Assembly: GCF_009914755.1 (NCBI RefSeq)
Contig: NC_060935.1
Length of the DNA stretch: 64,000 bases
Direction: 5' to 3' (one strand)
Source: the human T2T-CHM13v2.0 reference genome, Homo sapiens
In this document: positions 43,474 through 57,214 of the stretch, one piece after another
Layout: each line of letters opens with the position of its first letter
Position numbering within the stretch: the stretch's first letter is position 1
Translations under genes and position numbers: made by a program
Notes under the pieces: model-generated
The model's database searches: none
What the model saw: only the letters and a program-made list of their open reading frames with translations
What the model was told of the DNA's origin: nothing

Positions 43474-43844
43474 TGTTATGGGCTGAATGTGTCTCCCAAA
43501 ATTTATATGTTGAAGCCCTAACTCCCATTATGATAGTATCTGGAGGTGAGGCTTTTGAAAGGTAATATGGCTTAGATGAGGCCATGAGGACAGGGCTCCA
43601 TGATGAGATTCATTTTCTTATTAGAAGAGGAAGAGAGAGCAAGCTCCATCTTTCTTCATTATGTGAGGACACAGTGCGAAGGCAGTCATCTGCCAGCCGA
43701 AAAGTAGGCCCTCACCATGCACTGAATCTACCAGCATCTTGACCTTGGACTTTCTATCCTCTAGAACCGTGAGAAAGAAATGTCTGTTGCATAAGCCACC
43801 CAGTTTATGGTATTTTGTTATAGCAGCCTGAGATGACTAATACC
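43474..43844 (+). mobile_element. MLT1A/MSTD-type MaLR solo LTR
   Basis: TGTTATGGGCTGAATGTGTCTCCCAAAATTTATATGTTGAAGCCCTAAC...TAAGCCACCCAGTTTATGGTATTTTGTTATAGCAGCC. Confidence 0.87.
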
Positions 43845-44662
43845 GTGTTAAAAAATCAAAGGAGATTACGAAGGATGACTTAGGAGTACAAGGTGTAGGT
43901 ATAAGAGGTTACTAAGAGATAAGAATGAAAAGATAGGTTGGGACCAGTTTAGAGAAGTCTTGATCCTGAAGTTAAAAAGTTTAAACATCATTGGAAAGCA
44001 AAGGAAAAGTGTTTGAAATCTTTGAAGAAAGGAATAACATAACCAGAGTCATGCATTGAGAAGATCAATCGTGCATCCAAGAGCAGGCCATACTGGAGAA
44101 GAACTAAGTGTGGATGTGAGAGGCAATTAGGTCATACTGCTTTGGACACTTCTGAATTGCTGAGCTGAGCAAACATGACCCACATCATACAGTTGGAGGC
44201 CTTTCCAGCTAAGGGTCTTTGTTGTTATTCCAGGACTGAGAAACATTATTTACTAGCCTACAAACTTAAACAAAACACTATGTTCATTGTTGCATTTATT
44301 CACAGAAAACCAGGTAGCTAAAGTTGATGAATTAAGAATAAACTGTTAGTGAGCCAGAGAACATGAAAAGGGATCATAGTGAACAGTGATTAGGCTTATG
44401 TGGTATGTATCTTGCATGCCTCTTTCTGTCTCTATTTACTTATACCCCACCAAGTTAGATCACATAATCAAAGATTTATAGAAGGGAGAATTCACAAGGA
44501 GGGAGGCATCAGAGAATGAACCCTTAACAATATGTGAACAAGTGATAAAGAGAGTCTCCAAACTTTGAGGGGGAAGTTCTCATTTTCTTTAGTTTGTGAG
44601 ATTATCTGTAGATATATAATGGGTTAAATAAACAGGCCTTTGTGAGTAGAATATGACAATAT

Positions 44663-45345
44663 TGACAATATTGACTTTTACCTAAGCCCTGTGCTTCTGG
44701 AAATCAGTGATAGCCAATAAATCCCACCCCACCCCCTCAACACTTTTGTGTCTCAGAAAATAGTTTATTGCAGAGAATTTCTCTTTCCTGATGACTTAGA
44801 TAAGACTCACAGATGCCTCTCTTGTTTGCCTATAGTAAGGTCTGTCATACAATTTCCAAATTCCCATTCTTTGCCTCAGAAATGATTAGCTGAGCTGTTT
44901 GTACCTACTGACCAATATGGACAAAATATCTGCTACTTTCACTCACTTAAACCTTAGTTAGTTTCTCTCCTTCCCCCAGGACCTTGAGCTTTGACCCACC
45001 TTCAGCCTGTTCTAGCATACACCCAGTCTTTAATGTCCTGATTGCTGACTGACCTCAGGAAAATATTACCTGATCAACTGTCCCATAAAGCCACCCTTGT
45101 GTCCCACTTACTCATGTCTGTTTTTGTTTTCTTCTACCCTATTCACTCCTTCCTGTAAAAGAACATACCTTTTCTGCCTGGCCCTTGAGAGGTCTGCATG
45201 TCTCATGGACAGAGCATTCTCCACATTGGAATAGTCTCCAGCAATAGTCTCCCTATTGTAATAGTCTATTTCCCCTTTCTTGCAATAATCCTTTTGAACA
45301 ATGTCTCTCATTACTTAAGTTCAGATTTGTTTTTTATTCTCTGAG
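44663..45345 (+). mobile_element. Probable ERV1-class solo LTR
   Basis: LTR-like organisation: TGACTTAGATAAGACTCAC, TATA-like TGTAAAAGAA, repeated CAATAGTCTCC and a degenerate poly(A)-signal end. Family not identified. Confidence 0.5.
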
Positions 45346-45379
45346 TATGGTGTAGAGAATGAAGTTCTTTTGTTTTTGT

Positions 45380-45626
45380 GCAGTTGTGCAATCATAGCTC
45401 AGTGCAGCCTTGAACTCCTAGGCTCAGGTGATCCTCTCAACTCAGCCTCCCAAGGAGCTAGGACTACAGGCACATACCATCATGCCTGGCTAATTTTTAA
45501 ATTTTTTGTAGAGGCAGGGTCTCACTTTTTTGCCCAGGCTGGTCTCGAACTCCTAGCCTCAAGCAATTTTCCTGCTTTGGCCTCCCAAAGTGCTAAGATT
45601 ACAGGCATGTGCCTCTGTGCCTGGCT
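45380..45626 (-). mobile_element. AluJ lacking the distal right arm
   Basis: Reverse-complement AluJ; GAGAATGAA repeated on both flanks. Confidence 0.85.
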
Positions 45627-45816
45627 GAGAATGAAATGAGAACCTAGAAGAGTGCTACTACCAACTTTGTTCCCCCATTTCCTGGAAATTTAACAGAAAA
45701 AGGAGAAGATAGCACAGTAGTAACTAGGTTGGAAAATCTATTGTTACCATAGAATCTTCTAACTAAAATGGATCTTAAGGATTAACCATCAGTTTGCAAA
45801 TGAGAAAGCTATGACT

Positions 45817-46341
45817 CCATGTATCAATTTTCCTTTTCTTAAAGTAAATTTTTAATTTAGTTTTTTTTTTCTTACTTTAGGCTATGGGATACATCTGCAG
45901 AACGTTTAGGTTTGTTATATAGGTATACATGTGTCATGGTGGTTTGCTGCACTTATCAACCCTTTATCTAGGTTTTAAGCCCTGCATGCATTAGGTATTT
46001 GTCCTAATGCTCTCCCTCTCCTTGCTCCCCACCCCCCGACAGGCCCCAATGTGTGATGTTCCCCTCCCTGTGTCCATGTGTTCTCATTGTTCAGCTCCCA
46101 CTTATCAGTGAGAACATGCGGTGTTTGGTTTTCTGTTCCTGTGTTAGTTTGCAGAGAATGATGGCTTCCAGCTTCATCCATGTTCCTGCAAAGGACATGA
46201 ACTCATTCTTTTTATGGCTGCATAGTATTCCATGGTGTATATGTGCCACATTTTCTTTATCCAAGTTTGGGGTTTGGTTGAATAGCAATAGAAAATTGAT
46301 ACATGGTGCTGGGAAAACTGGCTAGCCATGTATCAATTTTC
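45817..46341 (-). mobile_element. 5'-truncated L1PA (about PA7-8) with a complex 5' junction
   Basis: 16-bp TSD CCATGTATCAATTTTC at 45817-45832 and 46326-46341; antisense L1 3'UTR at about 45870-46263. Confidence 0.92.
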
Positions 46342-46466
46342 TATTGCTATTTAACAAAACCTCAAACTTGGTAGCATAACAGCATTTATTTATTTAGCTC
46401 AAAATTCTGCTGGTTGGTAACCTGGGTTGACTCTAGCTTTTTAGCTCTGTTAGACTGGGCTGTGTT

Positions 46467-46502
<36 letters not shown>

Positions 46503-46800
46503 GTCAGCTGAGGACTGGCTGGTTTAGGAAGACATCAACTAAGATAGTGCACCTCTGCTCCATATGCTCTCTCATCCCCCAGCAGACTAGCCTGGGCTTG
46601 TTCACATGGTGGCTGTGCAGGATTCCAAAAGATTGAGTGGAAGTGTGCAAAGATTTTTGAGTCTGGCATCACATTGCTTGCAAAGCATTCTATTGGCCAA
46701 AACAAGTCACAAGGCCAGTCCATATTTAAGAAGCGAGGAGAGATTTGATAACTTGAATGGGAGACACTGCCATTTGTTCTGGCCATTTTTGCAAGCTGCA
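46329..46800 (-). mobile_element. MLT1-type MaLR LTR with internal (GT)n at about 46470-46498
   Basis: TGTATCAATTTTCTATTGCT...CAAACTTGGTAGC start; CATTCTATTGGCCAAAACAAGTCACAAGGCCAG. Confidence 0.75.
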
Positions 46801-49117
46801 AAATCCTATGAGATGAAATAGTTTGCCCAAATTCCATATACTTAGTCAGTAGCAAACCTGAGAGGGAGAGAAATGGTCTGTATATTAGTTTAATACAGTT
46901 TGCTGATTACAGTTTTGCAGCCTCCAGATAATATTCTGATTAGGGACTCTTCAACTAGAAGAAAAAGACTATCCCTTTTGAGAGGATTTTCCATGGAAAG
47001 CAAATGGGAGGGTGGAAACAGACAGGGCTGTTCTATATGACTAGTCAGTCTGTGTCCTGCACAGGAGTACCGGGTTGCGAAGGTGAGTGGTGACTGAAAC
47101 ACATTTGTGCTCTGCCTGCAAGCCATGTGCTCTTACATAGAGTTTTATTCACTTGGAGAGATAATTTCCTTTTGCTAATTTCTACAAAGACACTGTTCCT
47201 CAGCAAGCCATGTGCCTGCCTGAGGGGATGCCTGTTTCTAATCCTCTCAGAGCTTTCTGTGGGCTGCCTCTGGCTTTGGGCACAGAGCTCTAAGTGCTGC
47301 TAAGAAGTTGAATATGAAGATAACTGTTCCAAGCTCCTCTCCCAAACTGGCCATTCGGATGGACAGCCCAAAGATGTTTGCATTTGGAAAACTGTTAATG
47401 AAAATGAGTCTAAGTACTGAGAAATAACTGATGACAAAAAAAAAGAGGCAAATCTGATTTTTGAACGCCTATATAGGAATTTTCAGGAACAGGAAGAGTC
47501 CTCCTTATTGTTTTTGGTTCATCCCACACTTGGCTTCCTGTTCCTCTTACCACTTTCCTCCGGCCTCTATCTCTCTCTTGAAATAGCTCTTCTGTAGGTG
47601 TTATCAACCACACTGGTTGTGTGCTTTGTCTCAGTCACCTCCCTAGCAACTCATTCCTTCTGTTCACTGATTTCTGTGGGCTGTTCTACTTGAGTTTTCT
47701 CTCTGCACGTGGTTTATTACCCTTGGAAATCCAATCTCTTGGCTTCTAAAACTCTGAAAAGGAATGATTTCTTTGCAGGAAACTGATGATAAGAATATAA
47801 ATATAATGTATACTTAAATTTGAAGATGTTCTCTAAATAAATTCTACAAGTGCTTTCAGATCATTGGTTCTGTGCTACCAAACTCAGTTCTGTGGGATAT
47901 TTGCCCTATGAGAAGATCTCTGAAAACAGCATCCTGTAGTTAATTGAATTTGGGAAACAGTCCATGTCGTATCCTCCTCTTAGAAAGTCACACACACATT
48001 CACGCATTAGAGGATCTAGAAGGTCCTCCAGAAATGATTTTTTAAATGTCCTTAAACTTATTTGATTATGAAGACTTTTATTCCTTTAAACCTAGTAATA
48101 TCAGGTAGATTTAATATTCTGTAGTCCAGGCTTTGGAAAACACTGCTCTACTTGATATTATAATACAGAGAAGCATGAGGTTTAATAGAAATTAGGTAGG
48201 ATTAAAGGCCGTGTGGCTTGAATTCTGACCCCATCTCACTGCTCATCATCTGTGTGACTTTGAGGGGACCATTCATTGAGTCCCTTCCCACTTTAAGTCA
48301 GTCCCATCTTCTTTATGAGAAGGTTTTTGTGGCCTCCCGTGGTCACGAAATTCTCTTGCATTCATTGTGTTACTGATCTTGCCTTTATGTTTTCCATAGA
48401 GCTTTGTCATGTCCCTGCCTTTAATCCTGGACTCTGTATCTCATGTGGGGTTTTACAGAATTCTCCTAACTGGGACCCCTGTCCCAAATGTGGAACTTCA
48501 GCCCCCACTGCCCTTCCAGTCTGGCTATGATTCTGGCACTGGAGGCATTTAACACTTGTATTTGAAGACCAAGTATTGAACTCTTATTTTTAAAATCTTT
48601 GATTAATCCATCTTGCCTACAAGATAAGTACAAATTACAAGTTTAATTTTGTTTTCTTCTGGCCTAGAGAGCATATGCCAAACTGGCCCAATTTAACTTA
48701 CTTGTTTTATTGCTTACTACTACCGTTCCTGTTGTTTCCTAATTATGAGAAGCACTTTCTACGCATTCTGCTTAGAAGCTCCTTGTCATCCTTCAGGGTC
48801 AGTCCTGAATATCATTCCCCTGGGTGGCACTACTTTTTCCTTTATGTTCATATAGCTCTTTGTATATACCTATATAATAGTGCTGAGTCACATTGCATTC
48901 TAGATGAACATAGTTCTGTAGTTCTAACTGCTCTTTGATTGCAAGGTCTGTGTCATTGGCTTCATGACATCTCAATGCAGAACACAGTGTCAGCCATATA
49001 GAAGGCATTCAGTAAACATGTGTGAGTAGATTTAAAATGAACCAGCCCCTTCCAGTTAAAGCTGGAAGGTATCTTTATGATTATTGAGCAAATGACACAT
49101 ATATGACTCTCTTCTTC

Positions 49118-49481
49118 TGTTATGGTTTGGCTATGTCCCCACCCAAATCTCATCTTGAACTGTAATCCTCATAATCCCCACATGTTGTGGGAGGGACCCC
49201 ATGGGAGGTAATTGAATCATGGAGGCAGTTTCCTCCAATGCAGTTCTCCTGATAACAAGTGAGTCTTATGTGATCTGATGGTTTTATAAGCGTCTGGCAT
49301 TTCCCCCACTGGCACTCATTCTCTCTCCTGCTGCCTTGTGAAGAGGTGCCTTCCACCATGATTGTAAATTTCCTGAGGCCTCCCCAGCCATGTGGAACTG
49401 TAAGTCGATAAAACCTCTTTTCTTTATAAATTACCCAGTCTCAGGTATTTCTTCATAGCAATGTGAGAATGAACTAATACA
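49118..49481 (+). mobile_element. MSTA/THE1-type MaLR solo LTR
   Basis: TGTTATGGTTTGGCTATGTCCCCACCCAAATCTCATCTTGAACTGTAA...GAACTAATACA; TSD TCTTC/CCTTC. Confidence 0.9.
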
Positions 49482-51849
49482 CCTTCTAATATTTTTCCTT
49501 TTTAAGCTCATGGTAGTCATTGCTAATCAAAAAGGGCACTTTTTCCCCAGGTGTAGTTTTAGAATCCATATCAGCACATTGTTCCTGGAAGTCGCTGATT
49601 GGTTAGAGTCAGCAGCACGTAACCTGAAATCTATTTTCCATGCTAAATATATTTGAACCCTCTTATTTTATAGATGAGTAAATGAGCTTAATGAATTGTC
49701 CAAGAGGTCACACAGCAAATAAGTATCAAACTCATAATTTGAGTCCAGATTCTTTTATTTTCTACTGTAATATTCTTTCTGCTATACTGAGAAGGCTACC
49801 TTTGTTAATTTTTCTATTCCTATATTTTCTGGGTGCTTCAATTAGCTTGAAATTCTCTAAGGGAGCGAACTAAGGAGGATGCACTTTTGACACCTCTTGT
49901 CTTGCACATCATAGGTATTCAGTACATATTTGCTGATTATGTAAATGTAATTGGCATGCCAGTCATAATAAGTTTGAAGTGGTTTGAACAGTCTTATTTT
50001 TCTTTTATACTTAAAATATTTCCTCCATCCCTTTGTGTTTTCACAATCAATATGAGAAGAGATTTTTCTAAGGGCAGGTGGCCATTCAGCCTAGTTTCCG
50101 CCTGGTGCATTTTCAATTCTGAATGGAGAGATGAGCTCTAACTGTGCTTCTAGGTTTTGCCATTCTACTTTGCATCGTTGTCCTTTTCCTCACAATGACT
50201 CTTTACTTACAAAAGTGTCAGACTTTTTCTGAACACTACATTTACAACCATGGTTTCACCGAGTATCCCCACTCAAAATTAGGCATGCTGCTTGTAACAC
50301 CTTAGCCATCACAGCAGTGGAAAATGTAAAACACATTTTTTAAATCTGAATGCTGAGCTTCATGCAACACATCAAACGCACCCAATCTTCCCAGCCCCAT
50401 ATGGAACTTGTGAACATACATTTAAACAGAACAAGAAAAGGTTTTACCCTTTATATCCCTTTTATGGGTGTCTAGAATCAGTGATAAATTTTCTTTTTCG
50501 TATAGCCACTGCTTACACATAGCTGCGAATAAGGAAAGTAATGGGAAGTGTATCTATCTGCTTGGTGCTTGGTGCGAGGGTGGCTCTCTCCTCTGAATTG
50601 TTCATCTCCTCCACTCCTGCCCTGACTTTAAGTTACTAACATGCTGGAAATTTCCTCTATTGGAGTCACTCTTTCAGCCCAATGCATTATCTTTCCAGAA
50701 GACAACTGCTAAAATATCATGAATGTCCATGGACATTTCAGTATGAAATATTTGAACCAGTTAATTTCTATAGAAGGGTGAGACCATAGGACCTTGGGTG
50801 TACAGAAGGTTAAGTTTTCCAAGAATTGTTGGCCAAGCATTAGAGAGCAGGAAAGCCCAAAGCATTGGATTGTGTGGTTATGGAGATTCTGAGCCCCCGA
50901 AAAGGCAACACACAGACACTTGCCTTGTCATTCTGTTCCCTCTGCTGTGTGGATATCCCTCTCTCCTTTGCCTTGCCTACCCCTAATCAGTGCTCCAGGC
51001 CAAAGCAAATGTTGCTTTTTCAGTGAAGAGTCCCTCATGCGCCAAGCAGTAAATTATTATTTCATACTTCCATTGTATTTCACATTGATTTTGTGGCATC
51101 TCCACTTGCATTATATTTAGTGGTATATTAATCTGTTATTTCCCTTTCAAGTCATAAACTCATTTTTCTCTGTTTATTTATTTTTGGATGCCTAGCATCT
51201 AACTTCTGGCACTTAGTGTGTCCTTATTCAATGTTTTTGGAATTGAATTGGGCCCAAGGCATTTGACAATCAATAAAATGCAGCAAACCTGTTTTTGTTG
51301 TTGTTTTTGTTGTTGTTTTTAAGGAATTCTACATCTGGGGGCATTCTCAAGAGCTAGGACTTGCATCTGTCAATGGGCAAAGCATTCATCCATCTGTTTT
51401 GTGCATTTAAAATCTTTTGCTGTTAGCTAGAAGTAAATAGAATTTAAAAGGAGCCCTTCTCTGTTTACACTGAATTCTGTCTTCTCTTGCTTTTTTTTTT
51501 TCTTCCTCTTTAGATGGCTTTGACTTACTTTTATAGAGATTGCAACTTCCTTTCTAAGAAGTTTGACTTGGTTGATTTATTTCTCTTCCCCTTCCTTCTC
51601 AACCTTCTCTCTTTCCTTTTCCTTTGCGTCAGTGCCGCTGCTGTCATCAGTCATCATTGTCACTATTACCCTCCATTGCCCTTGCTCTACATGCCAGATG
51701 CTTTTCAAACACTATCTCACTCTTAGTCCTCACAGTGTTTTTCAGGAAAGGTCTTATTTTCCCTTTTCTAAAGATTAAAAAACTGGTGTTGAGAAAAGTT
51801 TAGGAGCTTGCCCATGTCACAGAGAGCTGGGATTTAATGCTTGGAGCAT

Positions 51850-52294
51850 CTCCCTCTTCCTTCCTTCCTTCCTTCCTTCCTTCCTTCCTTCCTTCCTACC
51901 TTCCTACCTATCTTCCTTTTCTTTCTCTCTCTTTCTTTCTCTCTCTCTTTCTTTCTTTTCTCTCTTTCTCTCTCTTTCTTTGCCTTTCTCCTTCCTTCCC
52001 TCCTTCTTTACTTTTCCCTCCCCTCCCCTTCCCTTCCCTTGCCTCCCTTCCCTCCCCTTCCCTTCCCTTACTTCCCTTCCCTCCCCTTCCCTTCCCTTAC
52101 TTCCCTTCCCTCCCCTTCCCTTGCCTCCCTTCCCTCCCCTTCCCTCCCTTCCCTCCCCTTCCCTCCCCTTCCCTTCCCTTCCCTCCCTTCTTCCTTCCTT
52201 CCTGTCTCCCTCTCCTTCCTTCCCTCCCTCTCTTTCTTTCTTGTTTTTCTTTCATTTCCTTCTTATCCTCCTTCTCCGCCTTCTTTTTCTTCTT
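51850..52294. repeat. About 445-bp near-pure polypyrimidine compound microsatellite ((TTCC)10, (TC/TTTC)n, (CCCTT/CCCCT)n) inside a MIR
   Basis: Read directly; (TTCC)10 at 51857-51896. Confidence 0.93.
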
Positions 52295-55200
52295 GAATAA
52301 AGTCACGATTTCAAATTCTGCTCTTTTACTCTAGAAGTAAATTTCTTTTGTTGGTAAATACATGTGCATGGTTTGGATAGTTTTCACCCACTTAAGCCCT
52401 CATCAAACTCCAGCTGAAGTTGAGAGGCTGGATTATCCTCACTGTTGCAGAGAGATGCCTGTATTCTCATGCACGTCTGTATAATCCACTAGCTGTCAGC
52501 CCAAAACTTACATTCATGGCTTAATAACTACTCACTGTATGGGTGGCTTTTTCAGAAATAGATTTTCCTTCTCTCATTGATTTGTTCTTCCTGATCCCCT
52601 ATTTTTAGATCAAATTTGTTTTCTTCTGGAAAATATTATATTTCACTGTGGTCTGGTTTCACTAGTGCTGTAGCAATGGAGGTGGATTTATGGACAATCA
52701 GACGTAAAGACTGTATTATATACCTAAGGAAGCTAGTTCTCAAACTTGGATAGATCACCAGAGACCCTTCTCCAGGATTTAGGCTCACATAGTGTAGGCG
52801 CATTACAGATGATTCACTAATAGGAAGAGGGGAAATGTCTCAAATCAAGGTAGGCAATTTTCCTTCTAATTTATTAAATTCTTAACTATAATTGATCCGG
52901 AAAAGTGGTAACAAATGGGCTGCCAGCTAACTTGAGGTAGGATGTGGCTGCCCTTGCAGCCCACTCTGAATTTGTAGACCCTCTTAAAGAAGATGGTGGC
53001 ATTGAGAAATAGAGCTGTTGGTCCTCCCAAGGGACCCCCAGTATAAGTGGTGTGATGATTAAAGTGTTTTCTCTACTATTGACATGTTGCCTTCCATGAC
53101 CTCATGGTCCCCAAATTTCAAAGGTTCCTCCAAAGGATGCTGCTCTTAAGTCCCTGTGTTATTGCAATTTTTCTTTTTTAGAAGTGGGCACTGCCTGTCT
53201 CAGGAGACATCCTTGGTTCTAGCATTTCTTTTATTCAGACCTACCATCTGCTTCTACAAATAATTCTACCAACCGCATTTTCCGTGATTTGCTTCATTAT
53301 GTCTCCACGTCCCTTACACAGTCCGTGATTTTTATGGAGTTGGTGTTTCTTGGGGAGGAGAGCGGAAAGAATGAGGGGGTTTATAAAAATAATGAGACTG
53401 AGATTTGCTTAAAGATGTTCCAAATAACCCACTTATAAATTGACTGTTTAGAGAGGCAGCTTTCAAAATTGGCCGGGGAACTAGAAGGAAAAGAAGTAAA
53501 AATAATTCAGGCTCAGCAGATATATATTTAGATAACAAACTCAAAGAGAAGCAGATGAAGAAACCTGGATAAACAACTAAACCCAGCAAATGAAAATAAC
53601 AGATCGCAATTGGGCCACGCAGCTGACACATGAATAGTAAATCTTGACAGAAAATTTGCAAACGAGGCAGCCCAGGGACTCTGAGATTATCTGAGAAGCT
53701 GGGATCTAACAGCCCCAAACTCCACGTGTCCCTGCTTGAGAAAAGCTCTGGAGCCAGGGCAGGGGGAAGTTTCCTCCTTGCCTCAACATCAAAGGAAGAC
53801 AAATCTTCCACTCTGTGATGCCAATATCATTATCCTCAGCTCAGCTCCAACCCCTCTCTGGCCCCCTGCTGAACTCAGGCCCTTTTGTGGGGTGGGGGGG
53901 GGGCATTTATGAAAGAGCTATTCACTTGTTCCTTCATCCAATCAACACACTTGCTTGCCAGGAATTGTGTTAGCTGCTTGCAAATATTGATCTATGTTTG
54001 TACAGTGATTTATAGTTTGCAAGATATGTTCCAATACAAGCCTCTCAACAACTTGGGAAGTAGATTTGAATGCTTTCATCTAATAGATAGGCTAGAGATA
54101 GGGAAACTCAGGAGGTTAAATAACTGCTTAAGGTCCCACAGTTCTTGAATGGAAAATCTGGCATTGAATATTTATTATTCAGTATACAAGGCACAGGATT
54201 ATTTGCTGAGATGCCAAAGACAAGACATTGTCTCTGCCCTCGAGAAGATTAGGAACCAGGACAGGAGAGCAAAAATGAACAAAGACTTACCTCTGTATGG
54301 ATAATGCAGGAAATACACTAAGTATGATAAGAGAGGTACTTATGAAAGGAATAATTGAGTGGCGATTGATAAGAATTTAAGGAATCTTACCTTCTACCGG
54401 CATTTGAATTGTAGTTGAGAACTGATGAGGGCAAAAGCAGTCTCTGCGATCCAAAGGAATGAATCATAAATGGAGGCATTTCAGGTGGTGGTGATGGGAA
54501 GATGAGAAAGATACTTTCCTCAGGAAATCTGGCCAGCTAACTCCCAATTTGTATAATGTAGAGAGTTTTCTGTTACTGAATCTGACCCTTTGGCCTATGT
54601 TTTAAATGCAAGTGGGTAAGGATAGATTCACCAGTGAGCAGAGTAAAACTCCATTATTAAAGGGTTTAGACTGTGGAAGCGGATTCTTCTGTAGCCCCTA
54701 CTCTGAAATTGCTTGGGTCCTGACCTGTACTTGATCATGTATGTGAGTAAACTCAGCTGTTGTATTACAAATCCACCCCTGTGCAATACCTCCTATAACT
54801 TTCCTCCTCTAAACCTGTTGCTTCTCTACCAATGAGGTCTCATTTTTTGCCCAAACTATGACAATGGCCTTCTTTTCTAGCCTCTCTCTAGCCTCTGCCC
54901 TATACTGCTGCACAGTGACCAGTCTAATCCACAGCCACGACCGCTATTACTTCTGGGTTCAAAAATATTTGATGATTCCTGCTGACTTAGAGAAAAACAA
55001 TCATGATAAGATCTCAAAGGCTAGGGTGGCCATGCATCTTAGTATGCACAAGACAGTCCTGCTTTATAGCCTATGGTCCTAGCATCATTGCTCTCCCTTC
55101 CACTCTCAAATGTGTCCTGATTTGGATGTTACCCTACCCTAGGTCCTCAACCATCTTGTCCAAGCCTACATTCCAGAACCATAATCCAATCTCTCCCTGC

Positions 55201-56114
55201 CGTGGTACCCAGTGCTACAGGTACAGCTGTTTCAACCATCCTCACCCTAGCCCTGCATTTCCGCAACTTTGTACTTTTGCACCGCAGTGGCTTTTTTTGT
55301 CTACTCTGCTCTTTTCAACCTAGCTCAAATGTCACCTGCTCTTTCTAGCCAATTCTGTTTGCTCCAGAATTAATTGCTTTCCCCTTCTGAATCCAGAACA
55401 TTTATTCGATCTTTATCGAAGTGGTTGGTTCCTTCTGTCATGAATAATCGTTATCTACAGACCAGATTCTCTAACTGGAATGTGAGTTCCTTAAGGGAAG
55501 TGAATGGGTTGATTGTCTTCTCAGTAGTGGCTTTTTGTCCCAGTATTTTGTATGTTAGAAGGTGCTCAGAAGTGTTGGCATGACTGTGATGTTGAGTAGT
55601 TTAGTAAATTGGAAGTTAATTCATGACTGCTCAGTTTAGATAGGATTGTTCCCTTTTTCAACCATTAGATCTTCTAGGGCCCTCGTAAACCTTTGCGCTT
55701 TACCAGAGGGGCCCCATATGACCTGTTTTTATATAACCAGGTCATAGGTTTCAGCCACAGATACATTATCCTTCACCTGATATTCCTTGCATCATTGATA
55801 ACCACTATCCCTTTCTGTTGACTTTGTTTATTGAATACTGTGTCCTACTTTGAGCAACCTAATATAAATAAATCAGAGGTGATGAAACACATTAAGGGAT
55901 AATTGTTTGCTTAATGAAAGGATTCTGTGTAGGATTGTTTTTAATAGTCAATTCCTGTTTTTTATTATTTTGTTTTAAAAATAATTGAGAAATCCATTTG
56001 TTAAATAAAGGTATAACCTGTCTTTCAAAGATCATGAATGGATTTGTATTTTGATATTGGTTATCCTTTCCCAGTTTCTTGATGTGTTATGAAATAAGTT
56101 CATCTTAACTTTGA

Positions 56115-56517
<403 letters not shown>

Positions 56518-56589
56518 GAATATTTGTTATTCTTTTTGTCACCTAGCATCTAGAAAGATTCTTCTGTGTTTGAGGAATTGAATTTACTA

Positions 56590-57050
56590 TCTTATTCAGA
56601 AATAATTTGCTGCTATATAGACAAAAATATTCGTTTTCCTCACTTCCCTTGTGGCTAGGGTAGAGGCATGTAGCTTTGGTGCTTGCAAGCAGAGTACTGT
56701 GGCCAAATATTGAACTGGAAACTAGTGCACAAAGAAAAAGTTAGACTGGGAAAAACTACCAAGGCAAGGGTGGTGGCAGTTGCATCTGATTTTTGAAGCA
56801 GGAACATTTGAGCAACGTTGGAGGTACAGCTGTGGGGCCTCAGACCAGCAATGGGGGAAATGAAGTTACCAATGAAGTAGCATTATGGTATGATTTGCTA
56901 TAAATTCTCATTGCAGAACCTTTTTTTTCTGCTCCTCTGATGCGCTAGGAGATTTTATGAATGACTTAATATCCTTTAATAAATAATTATCTGTTTAAAC
57001 TAGCTAGAATTAGCTTCTGTTATTTGCAACTAAGATAATTTTCATGGATA
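56590..57050 (+). mobile_element. Old ERVL-class LTR (LTR33-like)
   Basis: TTCCCTTGTGGCTAGGGTAGAGGCATG start region and end TAATAAAT...TTTAAACTAGCTAGAATTAGCTTCTGTTATTTGCAACTAAGA. Confidence 0.55.
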
Positions 57051-57214
57051 TAGAATCCACATTATGTCCAAGGCTAGTTCATATTGTTGATTCTGTCTCT
57101 GGTAATTGTCATGGCAGATGTGATGGCGAGAGAGGGAATCCTGCCATGGCTTTTGTCTCTGTAGTGTAGCTAGTGTCTGTGTCACAAAGTCCTGGAGTCT
57201 CTAACTTTTAAAGA

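Noticed and set aside
51837-52334. Pro/Ser/Leu/Phe-rich ORFs, also at 27852-28200 and 36869-37127
   Set aside because: Stop-free frames created by pyrimidine microsatellites.
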